Part shown: one piece after another, positions 18,695 to 28,485 of the stretch
Numbering within the stretch: the stretch's first letter is position 1
Layout: every line of letters begins with the position of its first letter
Assembly (NCBI GenBank): GCA_002418945.1
Contig: DIFC01000013.1
Span: 1-64,000, forward strand
Direction of reading: 5' to 3'
Source of the DNA: Deltaproteobacteria bacterium UBA5758
GTDB taxonomy: Bacteria > Desulfobacterota > Syntrophorhabdia > Syntrophorhabdales > Syntrophorhabdaceae
DNA length: 64,000 nt
Program-made: the position numbers and the translations under genes
Notes under the pieces: model-generated
Database searches by the model: none
Told to the model about the DNA's origin: nothing
What the model saw: the letters and a program-made list of their open reading frames with translations, nothing else

Positions 18695-20176
18695 TTAATA
18701 TATCCCCTCCACATGAAATTTATCGATGCTGAAGCCGGGGTTCGCAATAAGATTTACCTTTGTCTTGTATGTATTTTCAATGAGCTCGATGGAGCTCTTC
18801 TCTTCTTCATAGAGCAGGCTTGCAACCTCAGGCGCAACATTGACATTGAAAACCCTTCCTTCGCCCTTCTTGCATGAGCTCATGAGGTCTCTCAAAACCT
18901 CATAGCACACCGTATACCGTGACTTGATATAGCCTGAGCCGTCGCAGTTCGGGCAGATCTCTGTGAGAAGGTTGGTGACGTTGTGGCGCGTCCTCTTTCT
19001 CGTGATCTGCACAAGGCCTATCTCGCTGATGGGATAAACAAAGGTCTTTATCCTGTCCTTTTTTAGTACTTCGACAAGGGCCTGAAAAACGGTTTCCCGT
19101 GACTCCCTTTTTTCCATATCGATAAAATCAACGATAATGATGCCGCCTATGTTCCTCAGGCGTATCTGGTAGGCGATCTCCTTTACGGCCTCGAGGTTCG
19201 TCCGGAGTATCGTGTCTTCAAGGTCTTTTTTGCCCAGATATCTCCCTGTATTAACATCAATGACCGTGAGCGCCTCGGTATAATCAAGTACAATATATCC
19301 TCCGGATTTCAACCAGATCTTTTTCTGGAGCAGTTTCGCGATCTCCATCTCAATGCCGAACACCTCAAATATGGGGTCTTTTTCCTCGAAGTATTCAACC
19401 TCGCACTTCTCTTCGGGCAGATATTCCTTAATGAAGATCTCCACATTTTTGAACACAAAAGGATCGTCAACGATGATCTTCTTCAGGTTGTGGGAATGGA
19501 GGTCTCTGATGACCCTGAAAATAATACCAAGGTCCTGGTGGAGTATCGACGGCGCCCTGACGTTCTTTGCCTTTTCCTGTATGCTTTCCCATATCCTTTT
19601 CAGGAAATTCAGATCGCTCTCGATCTCATCGCCCGTCTTGCCTTCAGATGCGGTCCTTGCAATGAGTCCGTATCCTTTCGGGCATATCTCTTTCAACAGG
19701 GCCGCAAGGCGCTTCCGCTCGTCCTCCTGTTCGATTCGGCGCGACACCCCGATATGATCGGTTGCGGGCATCAGGACAAGAAGTCTTCCGGGCAGCGTTA
19801 TCTTTGACGTAACCCTCGTCCCTTTCTGGCCTATCGGCTCTCTCGAGACCTGAACGATCAGCTCCTGGCCGTCTTCGAGAACTCCTTCGATCCTTTCCCC
19901 CAGCTCCACGACAAGCCCCGAATCTTCGTACTCCTCATACATCAACCGGTCCAGAATGATATCCCCGACATAAAGAAAGGCGGATTTTTCAAGCCCTATA
20001 TCGATGAAGGCGGCATCCATTCCCGGCACGATCCTTACCACCTTACCTTTATAGATGCTCCCTACCATACTGTTATCGTTCTTCTTCTCGATAAAGAACT
20101 CTACAAGAACACCGTTTTCCAGAAATGCGATCCTCTTCTCGTTAAACGTTACATTGATTATCAATTCAGATGCCAT
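18695..20176 (-). CDS. rng: Ribonuclease G (Rne/Rng family)
   Basis: IYKGKV, AAFIDIG, TEALTVIDVNTG, LRNIGGIIIVDFIDM, CPNCDGSG. Confidence 0.92.
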   Translation of the reverse strand: MASELIINVTFNEKRIAFLENGVLVEFFIEKKNDNSMVGSIYKGKVVRIVPGMDAAFIDIGLEKSAFLYVGDIILDRLMYEEYEDSGLVVELGERIEGVLEDGQELIVQVSREPIGQKGTRVTSKITLPGRLLVLMPATDHIGVSRRIEQEDERKRLAALLKEICPKGYGLIARTASEGKTGDEIESDLNFLKRIWESIQEKAKNVRAPSILHQDLGIIFRVIRDLHSHNLKKIIVDDPFVFKNVEIFIKEYLPEEKCEVEYFEEKDPIFEVFGIEMEIAKLLQKKIWLKSGGYIVLDYTEALTVIDVNTGRYLGKKDLEDTILRTNLEAVKEIAYQIRLRNIGGIIIVDFIDMEKRESRETVFQALVEVLKKDRIKTFVYPISEIGLVQITRKRTRHNVTNLLTEICPNCDGSGYIKSRYTVCYEVLRDLMSSCKKGEGRVFNVNVAPEVASLLYEEEKSSIELIENTYKTKVNLIANPGFSIDKFHVEGIY

Positions 20177-22490
20177 GTAGTCTCCCTGCTTGTACCTTTA
20201 CTATCCTTATAAACTGTCCCTGCAGCCATAGCTGCTTGATGCCTTTGCCCTGCCATACGAAAAAAGACCTTTTTCCTTTCTCTTTCCATTTTATGGCCTC
20301 TTCGTTAGTATACCCTTCTGTGACCAAAATGTAAGAAAAATCTTTCACGCTGTCCTTCAGGCCTCCCTCTATGTATTCGTAAATCTTCATCCCCTTCGGC
20401 AACGATCTGTTCATCCTATGCATAAGGGTCTCATCCATTCCGATGTCTCCTTCTGCCTCGATCTCAATAAACTCGCAGGTGCTTTCGATGCCGACCGGCA
20501 AGGCCTCTGTTAATGCGATCTTCGGGAGGGGGCGGTACCTGCCGTGCATCCTGATCGCAATCCCTGACGCCCTGAAGACGCGCAAGAGGATGTTCATTGT
20601 GTCGATGTGCCCGATATACCGGGAATCACCGTACTTTCCATAACGAAAGGTAAACTTCTTAGTATTGCGTGTTTCGTATATTGTATTAAATATCTCGCCC
20701 CTCGCCCCTTGTTCCTCGCCCCTTGTTTTCTCTTCTCCGCTTCCCTGTTTCCCCGCTTCTCCGCTTCTCCGTTTCACTTCTGCCCTTCTGTCCGTAGCGC
20801 ATCCCATCCCGCACCCTGCGCAGCCGCTGTAGCAATCGACGCTCCCCTCGCACTCAAAGGCCTTCCTGTATTCATCCTTGAAAAAGACAGTATCTATGCC
20901 GGAATCGATGCAGTCCCACGGCAACGCCGCGCCCGGCTCTTTCCTGCCGGTATAGTCGGCCATCGATAGTCCGTTCTCCCGGAACCAACGCTCGTAGCTG
21001 TCGAAACAAAAATATTCGCGCCATGCCTCAAGCCTTACACCTTCCTTAAAAAGATATTCAAAAAGGCTTGAAACCTTTTCATCCCCCCTCGACAGCACTC
21101 CTTCAATGATGCTGAGCTTGATATCCCTGTACTTTATCCTTGCCCCTTTCCCTTTGAGCAGCCCCTTGAGCAGCCTCATCTTCTCGTGCAAGATATGCTC
21201 TTCATCCATAGGCAGCCACTGGAAAGGGGTATGCGGCTTCGGGACAAAAGGAGAAACAGAAAGGTTGACCTCTATCCCCTCCTTTTTAAAAGGGAAGAGG
21301 ATCTCCTTTACTGCGGAAAAATCGTCTTCCTTTTCCCATGGAAAACCGATCATGAGATAAAGCTTTATCCTCTTCCAGCCGTATCTTTTGAGAAGCGGCA
21401 GATGATCAAGCAGCATTTCTATGTTGATATTTTTGTTTAGCCTGCACCGCAGCTCCGCTGTAGCTGCCTCAAGGGCGAAGGTAAACCCCGTTCGCGCCAC
21501 GCTGCCTATCGCGCTGATCTCATGTTCTCCTATGCTGCCTACCTTTAAAGAGGGCAATGAGATCGATATCCCTTTGTGCCTGTCCCGTACATGCTCCATA
21601 ACATCAAAAAGGCCACTGTAATCTCCCGAGCTCAGCGAAAGAAGGGATATCTCTTCATACCCTGTCCTGCCTATCCCTTCGTCGATTATCCTGCACACAT
21701 TTTCAACAGACCTCTCCCTGTAGGGACGGTATCCGAAGCCTGCGAGGCAGAACCTGCAGCCGTTTCCACAGCCTCTCGATATCTCTACGTTGAGCCTGTT
21801 ATGGACGCTTCCGACAACAGGGATCGGGGGGCTCACAGGGTGGTAAGCGCTGTCAAGGTCTTTCACGTAAAGGCGCCTAATCCTTTCCTTCGGGAACAAG
21901 GGAGAATAAACGCCGTCAAGTTTTGATAACGCTTCAATCAGCTTCGCCCTTTTTATACCTTTTAAAGATCTTGCCGCGTCAAGAATGTCCGGCAGCGCTT
22001 TATCTGCCTCCCCCACGACAATGATATCAAAAAATCTCTCGTAAGGTTTCGGGTTCAGCATCAATGGCCCGCCGCCGATCACGACAGGCTCCCGCTCCCT
22101 CCTTTCATCCGACCTGACCGTTATTCCGCCGAGCTCCATCATATTGAGGGCGTTCGTTACATTCAGCTCGTAGGTCAGCGAAAAACCGACAAGGTCCATC
22201 TTGTGAAGAGGCGTCCTCGATTCCAGCGTGCACAAGGAGAGCTCGTTTTTTCTTATGTACATGTCCATATCGCTCCATGGCGCAAAACACCTTTCGCACC
22301 ACACGCCCCGGATATTGTTCGCCAGCTCATAGAGCAGGAAATGGCCGTAATAGGACATTCCGATCTCGTAGACGTCGGGATAGCAAAGGGCAAAGCGGAC
22401 GTCCACTTCATTCATGTCCTTTGTTACCCTGCCCGGCTCATTCCCCGTGTACCTAGCCGGTCTCATTATTGTTCGCGGTATGTTTATCAT
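20166..22490 (-). CDS. TIGR03960-type radical SAM protein fused to TIGR03936/DUF2344 domain
   Basis: YPDVYEIGMS, RGCGNGCRFC (CxxxCxxC), FVPKPHTPFQW, DCYSGCAGCG; C-terminal YIGHID..ALPVGIES..E domain; upstream of rng. Confidence 0.88.
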   Translation of the reverse strand: MINIPRTIMRPARYTGNEPGRVTKDMNEVDVRFALCYPDVYEIGMSYYGHFLLYELANNIRGVWCERCFAPWSDMDMYIRKNELSLCTLESRTPLHKMDLVGFSLTYELNVTNALNMMELGGITVRSDERREREPVVIGGGPLMLNPKPYERFFDIIVVGEADKALPDILDAARSLKGIKRAKLIEALSKLDGVYSPLFPKERIRRLYVKDLDSAYHPVSPPIPVVGSVHNRLNVEISRGCGNGCRFCLAGFGYRPYRERSVENVCRIIDEGIGRTGYEEISLLSLSSGDYSGLFDVMEHVRDRHKGISISLPSLKVGSIGEHEISAIGSVARTGFTFALEAATAELRCRLNKNINIEMLLDHLPLLKRYGWKRIKLYLMIGFPWEKEDDFSAVKEILFPFKKEGIEVNLSVSPFVPKPHTPFQWLPMDEEHILHEKMRLLKGLLKGKGARIKYRDIKLSIIEGVLSRGDEKVSSLFEYLFKEGVRLEAWREYFCFDSYERWFRENGLSMADYTGRKEPGAALPWDCIDSGIDTVFFKDEYRKAFECEGSVDCYSGCAGCGMGCATDRRAEVKRRSGEAGKQGSGEEKTRGEEQGARGEIFNTIYETRNTKKFTFRYGKYGDSRYIGHIDTMNILLRVFRASGIAIRMHGRYRPLPKIALTEALPVGIESTCEFIEIEAEGDIGMDETLMHRMNRSLPKGMKIYEYIEGGLKDSVKDFSYILVTEGYTNEEAIKWKEKGKRSFFVWQGKGIKQLWLQGQFIRIVKVQAGRLHGI

Positions 22491-22616
22491 CCTCTTCTGA
22501 AGATTCTCCTTATAAAAATCACATCAGGTACATTAAATGAAGGCATCTCTGCCGGGCTTGTTTCTCGAGACTAACCTCGCAATTAAACCGTTCCTGTAGC
22601 AAAACGTCGTGAGGCG

Positions 22617-23040
22617 AGGAAGCCCTGCTGTATCATTCCCCCTCACCCTGACCCTCTCCCGCGAGGGGAGAGGGAACATTGTTGCTATGACCCTTTTCCG
22701 CGAGGGGAGAGGGGACGCTGTTGGTATGACCCTCTTTCGCAAAGGGGAGAGGGAATAATGATACTGCAAGTGCTGCCCGTGCCCTGACCGTTCTCCCGCG
22801 AGGGGAGAGGGAACATTATTGCCCCGAAGCTCTGCTGTGGAAGCCCGGCTGTATCATTCCCCCTCACCCTGACCCTCTCCCGCGAGGGGAGAGGGAACAT
22901 TGTTGCTATGACCCTTTTCCGCGAGGGGAGAGGGAATAATGATACTGCAAGTGCTGCCCGTGCCCTGACCGTTCTCCCGCGAGGGGAGAGGGGACGCTGT
23001 TGGTATGACCCTCTTTCGCAAAGGGGAGAGGGAATAATGT
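22617..23040. repeat. BIME-like mosaic array of 8 REP-like hairpins
   Basis: GACCCTCTCCCGCGAGGGGAGAGGG variants joined by reused linkers in order A-B-C-D then A-B-D-C. Confidence 0.9.
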
Positions 23041-23093
23041 TGCCGTCCCGCAAGAGCGGAAGCGACGCGGCGATCTCATTCTGTCCTTTTTTT

Positions 23094-23157
23094 AACGTTG
23101 AACATTGAACGTAGAACGTTGAACGAATCTTCCTATCAGCTAGCCATGAGCTGCCCT
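23094..23157. repeat. Heptamer run (aacgttg/aacattg/aacgtag) plus cagc-type arm
   Basis: Reverse complement of the gttcaat family near 13260. Confidence 0.65.
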
Positions 23158-23161
23158 TCTC

Positions 23162-24523
23162 TCACAAATGTTCCTTCATCATCCTCTCCAGGTCTTTCAT
23201 CACCATATCCTGGATCCGCTTCATTGCCTCAGGGCTTTCCGCCTCAAACCGCAGCACGAGTATGGGGCCCGTGTTCGACGGCCTCACAAGCCCCCAGCCG
23301 TCGTTCATGACCACCCTTACCCCGTCTATGTCAATTACCTGATAGCGCTCCCTGTAGTATTCCGTAAGCCTTTTCACGACGTCGAACTTCACCGCGTCGG
23401 GACAATCCAGCCTTATCTCCGGCGTCGAATACATCTTTGGAATATCCTTCAAAAATTCCGACACCGGTCTTTCATCTTTGCACATTACCTCGAGAAGCCT
23501 GAGAGAGGCATAGACGGCATCGTCGTAGCCGAAAAATTTATCGGCAAAAAAGATGTGGCCGCTCATCTCTCCGCCGAGAAGCGCCCCTGTCTCCTTCATC
23601 TTCTGCTTGATAAGCGAATGGCCCGCCTTCCACATGATGGGAACACCACCGTGTTTTTCCACCTCTGTATAGAGGTTCTTGGAACACTTCACCTCTGAGA
23701 CAAAGGCAGCCCCTCTATGCTCCTTCAGGACATCTCTCGCAAAGATGATCATAAGGTAGTCGCCCCAGATGATAGTCCCTTCGTTGTCTATGACGCCTAT
23801 CCTGTCCGCATCGCCGTCATAACCTATCCCTATGTCGGCCTTATTCTTCAGGACCGTTTTTCTCAGCGTCTCTATATTCTTCTCAACGGTGGGGTCGGGA
23901 AAATGGTTGGGAAAATTTCCGTCCATTTCGCAAAAGAGCGGAATCACATCCTGCCCCATCTCCCTCATTATGGGAACGGCTATAACACCGCCGGTCCCAT
24001 TGCCGGCATCAACGACCATCTTGAAACGTTTTGTGAGCTTGATATTCGACCTCAGAAAGTTATAGTAATCCTCCACAAGGTTTTTATATTCCCCGTATGA
24101 TCCATTTCCTTTTACAAACCTCTTTTCTTCGATTATCTTCCGCACATACTGGATCTGTTGGCCGTAGATGGTCGATTTACCTACCGCTACCTTGAAACCG
24201 TTCTGGTCTGCCGGGTTGTGACTGCCCGTGATCATTATGCCGCCTTCGACGTCGAGGTTGAAGAGCGAGTAATAGAAAAGGCCCGTTGGGAGCACACCGA
24301 GATCGGTCACATCGAGCCCTCCCTCGACCATTCCCTGCACAATAAGGTCCCTGTAATGTTCCGAGCTCAAACGGCAGTCCCTGCACACCGAGACCTTTCG
24401 CTTCCCCTCCTCGGCCATGAGCGCTGCAAAACCCTTTGCTATATCGGTTACCACATCATCGGTAAGATCCTTTTCAACCTTTCCGCGAATATCGTATTCC
24501 CGGAATATTGCCGGATTCATCAA
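23162..24523 (-). CDS. Phosphomannomutase/phosphoglucomutase
   Basis: IFREYDIRG, TGSHNP (phosphoserine), DGDADR, GEMSGH, VRPSNT. Confidence 0.95.
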   Translation of the reverse strand: MMNPAIFREYDIRGKVEKDLTDDVVTDIAKGFAALMAEEGKRKVSVCRDCRLSSEHYRDLIVQGMVEGGLDVTDLGVLPTGLFYYSLFNLDVEGGIMITGSHNPADQNGFKVAVGKSTIYGQQIQYVRKIIEEKRFVKGNGSYGEYKNLVEDYYNFLRSNIKLTKRFKMVVDAGNGTGGVIAVPIMREMGQDVIPLFCEMDGNFPNHFPDPTVEKNIETLRKTVLKNKADIGIGYDGDADRIGVIDNEGTIIWGDYLMIIFARDVLKEHRGAAFVSEVKCSKNLYTEVEKHGGVPIMWKAGHSLIKQKMKETGALLGGEMSGHIFFADKFFGYDDAVYASLRLLEVMCKDERPVSEFLKDIPKMYSTPEIRLDCPDAVKFDVVKRLTEYYRERYQVIDIDGVRVVMNDGWGLVRPSNTGPILVLRFEAESPEAMKRIQDMVMKDLERMMKEHL

Positions 24524-24831
24524 TTGCCCCCTTCCTGTTTTTTCTCGGTTACGCGTTCCAGTTCCACCGTCACGCAGTTCTTTTTGTCCATGCAGTCGAT
24601 TTCGATCACATCAGGGTTGCCCCACGCAGCGGGAAATCCGCCTCCGAACTGAAGCATCATCAGATAGGGAAAAACGCTGTGATACAGATAGCCGCACATG
24701 CCGCCTGTATTGCGCCCGCTCAAATTTATCACGTCGCCCACTTTGTGCCCGGCATTGCAGGCGCCTTTCACTCCTTTTATCGTTCCCTTCACCCGGTATC
24801 CCGCCTCTTCTGTCCCTGCCATTTTCCTCAC
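24520..24831 (-). CDS. TIGR04076-like small Cys protein
   Basis: VKGACNAGHKVGD, GMCGYLYHS, CMD, VELER. Confidence 0.75.
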   Translation of the reverse strand: MRKMAGTEEAGYRVKGTIKGVKGACNAGHKVGDVINLSGRNTGGMCGYLYHSVFPYLMMLQFGGGFPAAWGNPDVIEIDCMDKKNCVTVELERVTEKKQEGGN

Positions 24832-24840
24832 CTCCCGATA

Positions 24841-25779
24841 TTATTCTGCAAACGCCGCGCCGATTATCGCTGCGTCTTCTCCGAGTTTCCCCCTTTCCAC
24901 GCTGAGCCCTTCCAGCGAGGCCTTCATTGCCCTCTTCTCCATTGCCTTTTTTGCTTCATCGACAAGGTATTTCGTGCCGTACACCACGCCTCCCCCCATC
25001 ACGATAATCTCCGGGTTCAAAAGATTTACCAGGCTTGCCATGCCTGCCCCCATATACTCTATAACCTCGGCCCATATTCTCCTGCACAAATCATCGCCCA
25101 TCATCCAGGCCTCTTCGATATGTCCGGCATGGAGCCCCTTCAGGTCGCCCCTGGCAATCTCCCAGATCTTTCCCCTGTAGCCCTCCCGCATAACGCGCTT
25201 TACCCTTTCAACGATGTATGAACCGCCGCAATAGGCCTCAAAGCAGCCGTAGTTGCCGCAATTGCACCGGTATCCGAAAGGATTGAGGATGATATGCCCG
25301 ACCTCGCCGCCGACATTCGCAAAGCCCCTGCAGAGCACTCCGTTCGCAATGATTCCTCCCCCTATCCCGGTTCCGGGGTATATCCCGATCATGTCTTTTG
25401 GTTTGCTGTTCAAACCGAAACGCCATTCTCCGTATGTCGCTGCGTTCACGTCGTTCTCAACGAACACGCCGATCTTGAAATATTTCTCCATATCAGCCTT
25501 CAAGGGGGCGTTCTTCCATTTCAGGTTTGGAGAAAAGAGTATCTCCTGTGTGCCTTTCTCAATCTGCCCGGCGCAGGCTATCCCGATCTTTTTTATCGAT
25601 CTTCTGTGAAGACCCTTCTCCCGCAGCATATCGTTCAAAAGATCGATGATGGCGGTCTTGACATTTTCGTACCTCTTATCTCGGCCGACAGGGACCTTTC
25701 TTTTGCTTATCACCGAACCGCTGTCGTCGATAAATCCGGCCAGGATCTTCGTCCCGCCTATGTCGATGCCTATCCTCAT
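24841..25779 (-). CDS. ROK family sugar kinase (glucokinase-like)
   Basis: GIDIGGTK, ENDVNAA, GTGIGGG, GEVGH, CNCGNYGCFE. Confidence 0.92.
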   Translation of the reverse strand: MRIGIDIGGTKILAGFIDDSGSVISKRKVPVGRDKRYENVKTAIIDLLNDMLREKGLHRRSIKKIGIACAGQIEKGTQEILFSPNLKWKNAPLKADMEKYFKIGVFVENDVNAATYGEWRFGLNSKPKDMIGIYPGTGIGGGIIANGVLCRGFANVGGEVGHIILNPFGYRCNCGNYGCFEAYCGGSYIVERVKRVMREGYRGKIWEIARGDLKGLHAGHIEEAWMMGDDLCRRIWAEVIEYMGAGMASLVNLLNPEIIVMGGGVVYGTKYLVDEAKKAMEKRAMKASLEGLSVERGKLGEDAAIIGAAFAE

Positions 25780-25806
25780 ATTCTCACCACTAAATAACCT
25801 GTATCT

Positions 25807-25879
25807 TTAGCTGTCAGCGATCAGCCAAAAGACTTTTTTGCTTCAGCTGAAGGCTGTGTGCTGACTGCTGACGGCTGCC
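25807..25879. repeat. Copy of the 891-964 element, overlapping the DUF72 3' end
   Basis: Reverse complement ggcagccgtcagcagtcagcacacagccttcagctgaagcaaaaaagtcttttggctgatcgctgacagctaa. Confidence 0.75.
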
Positions 25880-26648
25880 TTTTAAGCATCTCTATCAGCA
25901 TCATGGCGTTCTTTACCGCCTTGCCGGCGTGACAATTGTTAAAGAAGACGAATGTAGTCTTTGCCTGCCGGGAGATATTTTGTATTGGAGCGACAAACTC
26001 TCTGATCTCCTTTTCGGAATAGAGGTAGTTATAGCGGACATCTACCGGCTCTCTGAACCACGCCCTGTTCCTGCCGTGGAAGCGAAAATATCCTGTTGAC
26101 GAGGTCAACACCGGCGTGAAAGGCAGGAGGCCTTTAAGTTTGGGCTCGTCAACGATGCAATACCCGAATGCCAGGCCCCTCAACATGTCCAGATACCTGG
26201 CGTCTGACCATTGAACGTTCCTGAACTCAACTACGGACTCGTACCCTTCGAATTCATCCCTCAGATCTTTCAGGTAGTTTATGTTCTCGTCGCTGGGAGC
26301 AAATGAATAAGGGAACTGGAAAAGGACCGCTTTCAGATTGCCGTCCAGAGGCGCCACGCCCTCCTGAAAAAGCCTGCACTGCGCCCTGAAATCCTTGCCC
26401 TTCTCATGCGTCAGCCCCTTATAGGCCTTTACAACAAAGGAAAATTCTTTCGACGTCTTCTTCGAAAAAGATTCCATGGTCCTGATCGACGGCATAGCAT
26501 AGTAGGTATAATTGACCTCGAGCGCCTTGAACCCAAGGTTCGTTTCATAATACCTGAGCATGTCCTGCTTCTTTATCCCCGGCGGATACACTTCGCCTAT
26601 CCAGTCATCAAAGGAAAAACCGCTTGTTCCGACAAACATCTCACCCAT
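25821..26648 (-). CDS. DUF72 domain protein
   Basis: VGTSGF, EVNYTYY, LFQFP, EFRN, YFRFHGRN, YNYLYS, FFNN. Confidence 0.9.
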   Translation of the reverse strand: MGEMFVGTSGFSFDDWIGEVYPPGIKKQDMLRYYETNLGFKALEVNYTYYAMPSIRTMESFSKKTSKEFSFVVKAYKGLTHEKGKDFRAQCRLFQEGVAPLDGNLKAVLFQFPYSFAPSDENINYLKDLRDEFEGYESVVEFRNVQWSDARYLDMLRGLAFGYCIVDEPKLKGLLPFTPVLTSSTGYFRFHGRNRAWFREPVDVRYNYLYSEKEIREFVAPIQNISRQAKTTFVFFNNCHAGKAVKNAMMLIEMLKRQPSAVSTQPSAEAKKSFG

Positions 26649-26727
26649 GAGTTTTAGTTTGACATCTCCTGATCCTTATACATAATATATGTGAATACCT
26701 AAAATCTCAAGGTAAAAAGGGGAATCG

Positions 26728-27378
26728 ATGAGCAAACAATACGTACTGGATGACATGACCCTGAAGGAGTCCTGGAGGCTCTTCCACATTATGGCAGAGT
26801 TCGTTGAAGGCTTTGAAAATCTTACCGAAGTTCACCCCGCCGTCACCATATTCGGAAGCGCTAGGTGCACAAAGGACGAACCTTTATATGAAAAGACATA
26901 CGACCTGGCCAGGCTCCTTGCCACAAACGGCTTCAACATCATTACCGGAGGAGGCCCGGGAGTCATGGAGGCCGCCAACAAGGGCGCCAAAGACGGAGGC
27001 AGAAGATCGGTGGGGATCAACATTGAACTGCCTTATGAACAGCGGCCAAATCCCTACTCGAACGTGAGGCTCAGCTTCAGGTACTTCTTCATCAGGAAGG
27101 TCATGTTCCTTAAATACGGCATGGCCTATGTCGTCATGCCCGGCGGGTTCGGCACCCTTGACGAATTCTTTGAGGCCATTACGCTCGTTCAGACAAAGAA
27201 GATGAAGCCCTTCCCCATCATCCTCGTCGATTCGTCATACTGGAACGGCCTCCTGGAATGGATGAAGGCAAACATGCTGGCTCAAGGAAAGATCGTCGCA
27301 GAAGATATGAACATCTTCAAGGTCATGGATGACCCGAAGGAGATCGTCGACTACATCAAGAGATTCGTCATATTGTAA
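26728..27378 (+). CDS. LOG family nucleotide phosphoribohydrolase (TIGR00730)
   Basis: FGSAR, TGGGPGVMEA, YFFIRKVM, PGGFGTLDE; TTGACA-N16-CATAAT upstream at 26659-26686. Confidence 0.92.
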   Translation: MSKQYVLDDMTLKESWRLFHIMAEFVEGFENLTEVHPAVTIFGSARCTKDEPLYEKTYDLARLLATNGFNIITGGGPGVMEAANKGAKDGGRRSVGINIELPYEQRPNPYSNVRLSFRYFFIRKVMFLKYGMAYVVMPGGFGTLDEFFEAITLVQTKKMKPFPIILVDSSYWNGLLEWMKANMLAQGKIVAEDMNIFKVMDDPKEIVDYIKRFVIL

Positions 27379-27391
27379 GAGGAGTCACGTT

Positions 27392-27709
27392 ATGAAGACC
27401 GTGAAGCAACCCAAGTGGGACAAGCAGGGGGGCGCGCCGATCATTCTTGCGAACCCCGAAGGCCCGAACAAGAACCCGTCTTTTTTAGAGCCGCTCAGGG
27501 CCGGCCAGGAAGCTACGGGAACCATAGGGGGCGTAGAGATAGCCGTCCTGCTCACCGACATCCTCACCACCACCAAGGCACAGGGAGAGATCGTGCGCAT
27601 GCTCGATGGCCCTCATGATATCGACCGCTTAGGAGACCTCTCTGTAGGCGATATCGTCCTTATCGGGCGCGATGAGATGTACAGCCTTTATATTGATATG
27701 GATCCTTGA
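27392..27709 (+). CDS. Hypothetical protein (105 aa)
   Basis: RBS AGAGGAG, directly follows the LOG gene; no motif recognised. Confidence 0.6.
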   Translation: MKTVKQPKWDKQGGAPIILANPEGPNKNPSFLEPLRAGQEATGTIGGVEIAVLLTDILTTTKAQGEIVRMLDGPHDIDRLGDLSVGDIVLIGRDEMYSLYIDMDP

Positions 27710-28473
27710 TCCTCCCCTGCCTCCTGCTCTAATTTCCTCGCAAAGACAAGGTATCCCGTATGCGCTATCATGCGGTCCGTTGGCCGCACCCTTTCCGCTA
27801 CGGTCTTGTATTTCCTGAGCAGTATCTCTATGACCTCGACCAGGCCGAACCCTTTCTCCAGCCCCCTCAGGAGATCCGATATCTGGTTTGCCGTCGGAAC
27901 AATCATGCCAACCGGCGCGCTGTCTCTGATAAGCCTTCTTGCCGCCTCAAGGCATAGCCATGGCTCTCTCACATCGATGAACGCTGCGTCGAAAGGGATT
28001 TCGCAGGCATATTCTTCAACGTTCTCGTTACGGAGCTCCGTATTGTCCCATTCAGCGAAACGCTCGATATTCTTCTTTGCGTTCCTGTGGTGCCTCTCTT
28101 CCTGCTCGAAAGAGACTACCGCTCCGTCGGGACCGGCCATCTTCGAGAAAAGGTAGGTCATGGCCCCGCTTCCTGTTCCGATCTCAACGATCCTCGTCCC
28201 GTTCCTGAGGCCAAGCTTGAGACATATGAAGGCGCTGTCCTTGGGGAAGACGATCTGCGTCTCGCGCCGCAGGCCGTACATGATGATATCCTCTATGGTC
28301 GGCTCGTATACCTCATACCGGCCATATCTCATGCCGTACCTCTTCCCTATCAGCGAGGCATAGTCAAGGATGCCACCTTTCCCGTGGAATGCCTGGCCTG
28401 TTATGATCTTCTTGAAATAGCTCTTGTCCTTGTAAATGATCCGGATATAATCGTTCTCTTCGATTGTCTTCAT
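27688..28473 (-). CDS. trmI: tRNA (adenine-N1)-methyltransferase, TrmI/GCD14 family
   Basis: RETQIVFPKD, EIGTGSG, IDVREPW, VRPTDRMIAHTGYL. Confidence 0.88.
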   Translation of the reverse strand: MKTIEENDYIRIIYKDKSYFKKIITGQAFHGKGGILDYASLIGKRYGMRYGRYEVYEPTIEDIIMYGLRRETQIVFPKDSAFICLKLGLRNGTRIVEIGTGSGAMTYLFSKMAGPDGAVVSFEQEERHHRNAKKNIERFAEWDNTELRNENVEEYACEIPFDAAFIDVREPWLCLEAARRLIRDSAPVGMIVPTANQISDLLRGLEKGFGLVEVIEILLRKYKTVAERVRPTDRMIAHTGYLVFARKLEQEAGEDQGSISI

Positions 28474-28485
28474 CGTTCATCCTTA

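Noticed and set aside
13467..22490. RiPP cluster pairing the orphan peptide with the radical SAM enzyme
   Set aside because: They are 6 kb apart on opposite strands with housekeeping genes between, and the radical SAM is the rng-linked family
22617..23040. CRISPR array
   Set aside because: Linkers are reused rather than unique, vary from 14 to over 50 bp, the repeats recur elsewhere singly, and no cas genes are present
22533..23108. ORFs 22533-22769, 22685-23053 and 22908-23108
   Set aside because: Translations of REP DNA (PLPSRERVRVRG), typical spurious ORFs
26728..27378. Lysine decarboxylase
   Set aside because: Known misannotation of LOG family proteins; PGGxGTxxE motif and no PLP-binding motif
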